From the NCBI GenBank assembly GCA_002269645.1, contig NIVC01002997.1, forward strand, positions 1 through 64,000: 64,000 nt of DNA. The letters are read 5' to 3'. A program made the translations under genes and the position numbers. This document shows positions 11,820 through 19,541 of this stretch, one piece after another; position 1 is the stretch's first letter; every line of letters begins with the position of its first letter. The DNA comes from Macrostomum lignano (Eukaryota). The notes beneath the pieces were generated by a model. The model did not search any database and had not been told where the DNA came from. It saw only the letters and a program-made list of their open reading frames with translations.

Positions 11820-12794
11820 CTATTCGAGATCTGCTTTTGGTAATAGCAATCCATTGCCCATAACGTTTGAATTTAAGAAAATTCCTGAACCTGCTTTTGG
11901 TCTCATTTCGAGATATAATCCGCTTCCGTCGTGTTTTTCAATGATGTTAAAATCTTTTCCTAACTTAGTAAAAATCTTCTGAACTGCTGGCCTAAAATTA
12001 ACCCCAATATTGTCAAAAAATCCTTTAGCTTTCTCACCCGTTTTTTCTAAAGTTTGACCAAATTCCTGTAGTTTATCTGCTACAACTCCACTTCCTTGGG
12101 TTGTTCCTTTTAGTACCAAACCGCTGCCATTTAACAGTAAACCTTTTCCAGCTGCTAACCTAGCTTCTGCATTTCTTTTTTGCTCTGCTGTTGCTGAACT
12201 ACTATTAATGGTGTCAATAAGTTTCTGTTTGAATTGTGCGTCCTGTGTTATTTGCTGTCTTTGAAATTCAGCATCTCGTTTAGCTTTTTCATCCGCAGCT
12301 TTTTTATCATTTACTGCTTTTGTGATTCCAGCTGCGCCCCCTGCTATTCCACCAGCTGCTCCAATTCCTGCAAAAATTATTGGTAATAAAGTTGCTAATG
12401 GCAATATTCCTCCTTGTTTTGCCTTTAATTCTGCTAACTGTTTTCGGTTATCATGAATTCTTTTACCTGCTAAACCGGCTGCTCCAGCTGCTCCGAGGCC
12501 TAAAAGAATTGGTAAAATAGGTAACAACCCACCATCCTTTTTAGTGTGAGTCTCCAATAAAAATTTTACATCGGAGTCTGTCAACCTATAATTTCTGCCG
12601 CGATTCTTAAAGGATATTGGCCTTCCTTCTTGTGCATATTTTGCTGCGAGTTTAAATGTATCGATGTCGTAGTCAAACTTTTTACCTAATCGATCCAATC
12701 TTTTTAACATTGTGTGGCTATGTTTATTATCATCCAAATCTAAAGTGTCTACAATTTCTCCTATAAAATATAAGCGGTCGTTATCTGTGTCCAT
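11820..12794 (-). CDS. Putative virion core/membrane-active precursor with multiple Gly cleavage motifs
   Basis: Two GG(L/I)LP hydrophobic Gly/Ala segments (GGILPLATLLPIIFAGIGAAGGIAGGAAGITKAVN) and repeated GxG(L/I/V) motifs. Confidence 0.65.
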   Translation of the reverse strand: MDTDNDRLYFIGEIVDTLDLDDNKHSHTMLKRLDRLGKKFDYDIDTFKLAAKYAQEGRPISFKNRGRNYRLTDSDVKFLLETHTKKDGGLLPILPILLGLGAAGAAGLAGKRIHDNRKQLAELKAKQGGILPLATLLPIIFAGIGAAGGIAGGAAGITKAVNDKKAADEKAKRDAEFQRQQITQDAQFKQKLIDTINSSSATAEQKRNAEARLAAGKGLLLNGSGLVLKGTTQGSGVVADKLQEFGQTLEKTGEKAKGFFDNIGVNFRPAVQKIFTKLGKDFNIIEKHDGSGLYLEMRPKAGSGIFLNSNVMGNGLLLPKADLE

Positions 12795-12804
12795 TTTTAT
12801 ATTG

Positions 12805-13203
12805 TTAAAATTTTTTTAATCCTTTTCCGCCTTTAATTGTGGTTAACATTTTATTAAAATCCTGAATATCTTTATTACTTATTGGCGTGGTTTTCGTGGG
12901 GGTTTCTGTTGGTTGTGCGGCTTGTGCCAGCTTTAAATCTTTTATTGCATTTATTTGTGAGAGGGTGTCGTTAAAATCTCTCAATTTCTTTAGTTCTTCT
13001 GCCGCTCTAGCTGCTTCAATTCCTCCTTTTACAGCATTTGTTATAGAACCTGCTGCAGAGCCCGCTTGCCCTATAAGCCCCATATTGTCTTTAACGAAAT
13101 TTGCTGCTGTTCCAACCACATCAAAAAGCCCCTCACCTCGGTATTCAACTGGGTCTCCTACCTGCAATTCATTCAGATTTTGCATATGTGTAACGTGTGT
13201 CAT
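12805..13203 (-). CDS. Putative virion core protein (GEGLF motif)
   Basis: Likely ATG at 13203; RGEGLFDVVG amphipathic segment and C-terminal IKGGKGLKKF. Confidence 0.55.
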   Translation of the reverse strand: MTHVTHMQNLNELQVGDPVEYRGEGLFDVVGTAANFVKDNMGLIGQAGSAAGSITNAVKGGIEAARAAEELKKLRDFNDTLSQINAIKDLKLAQAAQPTETPTKTTPISNKDIQDFNKMLTTIKGGKGLKKF

Positions 13204-13242
13204 TTTTTGTTCTATTTTTAGTAACAGAAAAAAGATTGTCTG

Positions 13243-13693
13243 CATTCCATTTAGACCGGATTTTGGACCAAATTTTTGAAAACGAAAACCAAAACGATAG
13301 TCTAGTTTTGTTTGGTCTAAAATCTGGTCTAAATGGAATGTTGGGTGGGTAGGTGAGCTGACTATAAATAGCTTCTATTCTTTCCGACCCTTCGCGCCTG
13401 CGGCGCGGGCAAGGGGTTATAGAGTAGTAGTATAGAAAAAGACGCTTCTAGATCAGACCTTATTTTAATGACCGTTTTTAAGGTCTTAAGAGGGGGGACG
13501 CGAGAAAGGTGTTGGGGAGTGTTTGGAAGTGTTGGGAAGTGATTTTTATTGTTAGGGGTGATTATGGGTGATTAGATGTGTTAAGGGTGATTAGATGTGT
13601 TTTTTTATTTACCCCCCGTGTCCCCCCTCTAGACCCTTAAAACGGTCATTAAAAAAGTGCTCTGGGTCTAGAAGCGTCTTTTTATATACTACT
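13243..13693. repeat. Polinton right terminal region (probable TIR) with two internal inverted repeats
   Basis: Non-coding. IR 13243-13272/13311-13340 matches 28/30. IR 13426-13502/13618-13693. Ends ACTACT. Confidence 0.75.
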
Positions 13694-16497
13694 AAGGTGG
13701 CATGCCAGCTGCGTCCGTCTCCCGAGGTCTCGCTAGACAGCATGCTAACAGGGATCCCAAAGGACGTCCTACATGCGCCGGGGGCACCGGCCCTGCACGA
13801 ACTCCTAACGGAGAACGCACAAGTCTTCAGCGGAATCGGCAGGCTCAAAAACTATGCCGCCCGCATCTTCCTGGAGGAGGGAGCCAGGCCGATCTGTCAT
13901 CCCCCATCAAGGGTGCCAATACATCTCGCACAGGCAGTCGACGCCGAGCTGCAGTGCCTCGAGGACCAAGGCATCATCGAGCCGGTGGAAGGCCCCTGTC
14001 CGTGGGTAGCCCGCATCGTCGTCGTGCCCAAGCAGACTCCAGGCGAGATCAGGATTACGCAGGACTTGAGAGACCTGAACAAGTCGGTCATCAGAGAGCG
14101 GCATCCCATCCCGACATTCGAGGAGGTGACGGGAGACATGGCAGGAGCGCAGCTATTCTCAGAGCTCGACATCGCGAAGGCATTTTATCAAATCCCAGTC
14201 GCCGACGAATGCCGCCATCTTCTGACTTTTTCGACACCACGAGGCCTGCGGCGGCTGACACGGCTCTGTATGGGACTGTCTACGGCCCAGGAAATTCTCC
14301 AGGCGGTCATGTCATCCGTGCTAGCTGGACTCCCGAAAGTAAAATGGATTCACGACGACATCATCGTGTATGGGCACAGCGTGGCGGAGCACCACAGCAA
14401 CCTGCAGGCATGTCTGCGACGACTGGCGCAGCACGGGCTGACGCTGAATCCGTTAAAATGCAAGCTCGCCCGTACCGAGGTCACGTTCATGGGGATGCAG
14501 CTGTCCAGTGAAGGTGTCAGACCAACCCAGTCCAAGTTGGAAGCCATCCATGCATTTGCCGAGCCAAAGACCGCCACAGAGGTGCGCTCGTTCCTAGGCC
14601 TGGTCAACTATCTGGCCTCATTCACCCCCGGGCTGGCGGATGTAGCGAGGCCACTGCGCAATCTGACTAGGAAAGGCGAGCCCTGGGCATGGACCGACCT
14701 CGAGAAACGAGCTTTTGACGACGTGAAGACCCGGATTGCGACCAGCGGCACCCTCGCCTTCTTCAACCACCGCCTAGCGACGCAACTCATCGTCGACGCC
14801 GGCCCAGCGGGCCTGGGCGCGATCCTAACGCAGACGCAAGCGGACGGCACCAACCGGCCTGTCGCGTACGCCAGCCGGACGCTGTCCGATGTTGAGCAGC
14901 GCTACTCCCAGACTGAGAAGGAGGCGCTGGCCGTCAAATACGGCTGCTTGAAATTTCAGTACTATCTGCACGGCGCTCCGACATTTACGGTGGTGACAGA
15001 CCACAAGCCGCTCATCGCATTGTTCAGCAGTGGCTCAAGGCCTCCCCGAGGATCGAAAGAATGGCGCTGCGCATTCAGCACATGAAATTTACAGTCGAAT
15101 ACCAGCCTGGCCCACTAAACCCAGCGGACGTGCTGAGCCGGCAGCCGCTGCCAACACGAGGAAGAAATGTCGGCGAAGAGCTCGACACCCTCTGCATCGC
15201 TGCAATCGTCCAGGCGGCCATACCGAACGCGCTGTCGCTGTCCTCAGTGCAAGAGAGTTCGCTGCAAGATGCAACAATTCAAGCCGCTATTCGATCGCTG
15301 GAGACAGGACGATGGAGCCTCGAGTCGGCGGAGACGCGATCGCTCCACGCCCTACGGAATGAGCTATCGGCAGCAGACGGCGTGCTCCTGCGGGGCCAGA
15401 GAATCGTAGTTCCAATGGCGCTTCGGCGCCTGGTTTTGGACCTGGCACACCGCGGTCATCAGTGCCTGCGCAAGACGGTTGACCGTTTGAGCACCAAAGT
15501 CTGGTGGCCGAGGATGCAGACAGAAGCAGAGCTCTTCGTGCGTGCCTGCCGAGCCTGTGCAGCTACGTCGCACGCGGCCGACGTGACCGCCGCGCCGCTG
15601 AAGCCGACGCCGATCCCGAAAGCTGCATGGCTAACACTAGGGGCAGACCTGCTAGGCCCCATTCAAGGCAGTATGCTGCTCGTCTGCGTCGACCACTACT
15701 CGCGCTTCCCTGAAGTCGAGATCGTCCAGACCACAACGGCCGAAGCGCTGATTCCCAAGCTGAGGAATTCGTTCGCCAGATTCGGCATCCCGCAGGTACT
15801 GGTCACCGATAACGGCCCGCCATTCTCCTCGGCCCAGTTCAAAGGCTTTCTGGACAGCTACGGAATCCGGCAGCGTCTCATCACACCGCTGCATCCGCAG
15901 GCCAACGGCATCACTGAGCGCCTGAACCGCTCCATCAATAAGGTTGTACGAGCTGCCATAGCCCAGAAGCGCGACTGGAGGGCGGCCCTTGACGAGTGGC
16001 TGCTGGCCTACCGTTGCACGCCGCAGCGAACCACCAACCGGGCACCAGCCGAGCTGCTCTTGGGTCGCGTCCCAAACGACGCCATCCCGTCAATCAGGCC
16101 GTCGAGACCGGTGGCCATCGCAGACAGGAGGCTCCGACAGCAGGACGCCAGCAGCAAGGCAAAGGGCAAGCGCTACACGGACAAGCGACAGCAGGCGAGA
16201 CCGCATGGGCTCAAAGTCGGCGACACGGTGCTCCGGCGCCGACTAAATCCGCTCAAGGGCGAGACTCCGTTCGAGTGGACACCCTGGCTGGTCGAGAGTG
16301 TCAAGGGCGACTCGATGACCATTCGGCAGGGCGCCAGAGTTTGCAGGCGGCACTGCACTGACCTGAAGCGGGTAGCGCCAGATGCAGAGCCCGATTTTCC
16401 TGTCGGGGAGACCGCACCGCCGATCCTGCAAGCTGCAGGGAGCGAACCCGCGACCCCTCCAATTGCGCTGCGACCACACCCCGAGAGGCCAAGGTGA
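13694..16497 (+). CDS. pol: Gypsy Pol (RT, RNase H, integrase); one frameshift near 15045
   Basis: RT: FSELDIAKAFYQ, MGL, IHDDIIVYG. RNase H: VDAG..GLGAIL, YASRTL..YSQTEKEALA, TDHKPL. IN: H..H/CRAC zinc motif, GADL, TDNG, NGITER. Confidence 0.95.
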
Positions 16498-16734
16498 AAG
16501 TGAACTATAGGGTTTAACTATAACTCGCGCTTGGCAGACTGACGCTAATATCTTGTTTGATTTTGCTTTTGCGTCTTGAGATTGCGGATAGAAAATTGTT
16601 CATTCTCCAGCTAAGGCATTACATGTACAATCAGTAACATTTTCTCTATTAATGTTTCTTCTTTGCAAGATTTTACTCGTATTTGTGGTAATTTTCATTT
16701 TTTAAAAACCTTTTGCAGTAAAACTTTTAATCCA

Positions 16735-16922
16735 AAATGAGGAGAGATGTAGTGTACGCTCTGCGCGGTAATAATGTACTTGGCTTGGTCGATGAACTAA
16801 CTCGTAGCAATACTCTTATTACGCAATGCTCTCGGGCCTATAAATATATTGAATTGAGCAGTCGGCTCATTTAAGTGCATCGTTTCTCTCGCCAAACTAA
16901 ATAGCTAGTCTGAGTCATTACA
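16735..16922 (+). repeat. Polypurine tract (16735-16747) and 3' LTR (16748-16922)
   Basis: AAAATGAGGAGAGA followed by TGTAGTG...CATTACA (6/7 terminal inverted match), with internal CTATAAATA TATA box. The second LTR is not in the window, so the end point is unconfirmed. Confidence 0.65.
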
Positions 16923-17151
16923 CTGTACACAGGCGCGAACTCATGCACACGCTCACACAGGGTGCACAGGCGGCCCCTGACTTTCTTAATCGTCAGACGT
17001 GAACACTCTCACTTTCACTTCCAAATAATCCCAACTCGCCGAAACTCTGGATCTCAGAAATCCTCAAAGATTCTGAAAATTTATTATCCAAGTAGCCCCG
17101 AATGTTGACTATTCGAGCTCTCGAAACATTTGTCGAATTCCTCTCCCGCAG

Positions 17152-17553
17152 GTGTCAGTCATCCTAGGCGTCACCTGGCTGCCCTATTTTTGCATAGCGA
17201 AAATTCTCGGCCGCGGACGCGAACCCGTGACCTCATTCGTAGCGGAAGTGATCGTGGATCTGCACGGCTGCCTGCTATCCGCTTGTTTTTGTTTGAATCG
17301 GAAAACCCGCGCCAGACTGGCTGAGACCTGCGCCAGGCGTCGGACCTCGCGCCGAATGAGCGCGCAAGCCTTCAGCGCCGGCAAGCAGCGCCAGTTGCTG
17401 CGCCACGCGCGCTCGGCAACCGCCGCGTCAGGGAGCTCGGCGCAGTGTGGCGCCGGTCAAATTGTCGCTTGCGCGTCCGAAATTGAGCTTCATGAGCGCC
17501 GGTCGCTGCTGCTGCAGCCGCAGCAGAGGCGAGGCACCAATGTGAGCATCTGA
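17152..17553 (+). CDS. Terminal exon of a 7TM receptor-like gene (TM6-TM7-helix 8 and tail)
   Basis: Acceptor CTCTCCCGCAG at 17151; VSVILGVTWLPYF...LHGCLLSACFCLNRKTRARL. GPCR class ambiguous; upstream exons not in window. Confidence 0.5.
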   Translation: MSVILGVTWLPYFCIAKILGRGREPVTSFVAEVIVDLHGCLLSACFCLNRKTRARLAETCARRRTSRRMSAQAFSAGKQRQLLRHARSATAASGSSAQCGAGQIVACASEIELHERRSLLLQPQQRRGTNVSI

Positions 17554-17614
17554 GCAGGCGAATTTCGAACTGCCGGTTTCGAACTGCCGGCACTGGAATC
17601 AAATTGATCATTGG

Positions 17615-17750
17615 AATAGCACCTGTTATTGCTACCTGTTAGATAGGGAATCATAGCACCTGTTATTGCTACCTGTTAGATAGGGAATCATAGCACCTGT
17701 TATTGCTACCTGCAGTTACCTGATAGGGAATTATAGCACCTATTATTATT
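17615..17750 (+). repeat. Short tandem repeat (about 34-bp unit, ATAGCACCTGTTATTGCTACCTGTTAGATAGGGAATC-like)
   Basis: 3-4 visible copies. Confidence 0.85.
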
Positions 17751-18174
17751 GCCCCCTGTTCTAATGGCGCCAAAACTCTTGCCTGGTAGCCAACAAACTT
17801 TTGCGTAATTGATAGTTGTAAAATTAAATATATATTTAGTTATCATGTGAACAATTAATGTTATATAAGCTATACATATCATGCGCTCATACTGGGCTAA
17901 ATGCACTTCATTACAGCAACTAACGAGAATTTTTTTCACTGTTATTGATTGCCTCTCTGAGTCCAGCAGCTCATTAATTATTTATGAGCCCCGATGCTTG
18001 CGTAGTGCTCATGTTTGAGTGCTCTCAACTTGCTTTAATCATATCTATATTTTCTGCTTAAAAATTTAAACCTTCAAAACATTTATCAGTTGAGGTATTT
18101 TCATAACAGACTGGCTGTAACCCACTGCAACCTATTGTACTTTGCTGTCATCTACTGTAAATCAGCTGTAAATA

Positions 18175-18320
18175 TACTGTAATCCTCTGTAATCTACTGC
18201 AATTTACTGTAATCTACTGCAATTTACTGTAATCTACTGCAATTTACTGTAATCTACTGCAATTTACTGTAATCTACTGCAATTTACTGTAATCTACTGC
18301 AATTTACTGTAATTCACTGT
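18175..18320 (+). repeat. 20-bp tandem repeat CTGTAATCTACTGCAATTTA
   Basis: About 6 near-perfect copies. Confidence 0.9.
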
Positions 18321-18879
18321 CATGTAGTGTGTCCAACATGCTATGAAATGAATAAGTTTATGAAAAAATATCAAAGTATCCCAGAGCCAGTTGGTATTTC
18401 TTCTTATCAAAACAAGTCCATTTTAAAAACAACTTTTGCATCAGTGCAGTTTGTTATAATTCAATTAATTATTTCTTCTCTGCATACCTGCTAAGATTGA
18501 TTGACATAAAGGTGATTGCATGCTTATATTGCGGTTTATTACCATAGTTTCCCACAGTTGAACGGCTGTTTCTGTAAAAGTGCAGAAAGTTTAAAGCTCC
18601 GTCGTCAGTATGTCAGAAAGTAAAAAAATTTTACAATTCCGATGTTGATTTATTTTCGAAAAATATACATTTGAAAACTTGCTTGTTATTTCGAGCTTTA
18701 AAAAAATAAGCATCGTATAAATTTGAGACTGCCTGGTTGTTGAAGATCTGTTTTGATGGACTCAGTAAAATATTTAGACTGAGCAGGATGGCAATAAATC
18801 ACGTGACTAATTGAGAGTGAAAATATTTAAACCAATCAATTAATTAAACAAGCTATGCACCAATTTAATTTTTAACATC

Positions 18880-19107
18880 AGTCAATCAATCAATCAATCA
18901 ACCAACCAATAAATAAATAAATCAATCAATCAATGAACCAATAAATAAATAAATCAATCAATCAATGAACCAATAAATAAATAAATAAATAAATCAGTCA
19001 GTGAATCAATCAATCAATCAATCAACTATTCAACCAGTCAATCAATCAATCAACCAATTAACCAATCAATCAATCCATCAATCAATCAATCAATTATTCA
19101 ACCAATC

Positions 19108-19155
<48 letters not shown>

Positions 19156-19287
19156 ATCAATCAATCAATCAATCAATCAAATATTCAATCAATCAATCAA
19201 TCAATCAGTCAGTCAGTCAATCAATCAATCAATCAGTCAATCAATCAATCAATCAACAATAAATAAATCAATCAATCAATCAGTCAG

Positions 19288-19319
<32 letters not shown>

Positions 19320-19470
19320 CAATAAATCAATCAATCAATCAATCAGTCAGTCAATCAATCAATCAGTCAATCAACCAATCAACCAATCAACCAATCAATT
19401 AATCAATCAATTATTCAATCAATTATTCAATCAATCAATCAGTTAATCAATCAATAATCAAACCGATGCA
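18880..19470 (+). repeat. (AATC)n microsatellite
   Basis: Directly visible. Confidence 0.95.
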
Positions 19471-19541
19471 ACAGTCAGTCAATTTATTCACTACTCTCGG
19501 TCTGCAAATTGCTCAGTAGCTCAACTCCGGGCTTGCCGCTC

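Larger units (their letters stand above)
1..13693. mobile_element. Polinton/Maverick (adintovirus-like endogenous dsDNA virus), right part; left end outside window
   Basis: AT-rich, intronless, gene-dense block with MCP, A32 ATPase, minor capsid, adenain-like protease and pPolB. It ends in the Polinton-type terminus ...TTTATATACTACT at 13693, with an abrupt switch to GC-rich Gypsy sequence. Confidence 0.95.
13694..16922 (+). mobile_element. Ty3/Gypsy LTR retrotransposon, 3' part (interrupted upstream of RT by the Polinton)
   Basis: RT-RNaseH-IN order, AT-rich 3' UTR, PPT and TG..CA LTR. Confidence 0.92.

Noticed and set aside
13609-16492. Many overlapping and antisense ORFs in the Gypsy
   Set aside because: These are shadow ORFs of a GC-rich coding region with no motifs.
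16491-16496. AAGGTG at the pol stop matching AAGGTG at 13694, as if a TSD around pol
   Set aside because: The Gypsy continues normally through 3' UTR, PPT and LTR, so a 6-mer coincidence is the simpler reading.
13595-16497. Polinton that has captured an RT-RNaseH-integrase gene (ORF 13595-15085 starts inside the viral end)
   Set aside because: The ORF start is a chance read-through from the TIR. Pol lies outside the ACTACT terminus, has very different base composition, and has its own PPT and LTR.
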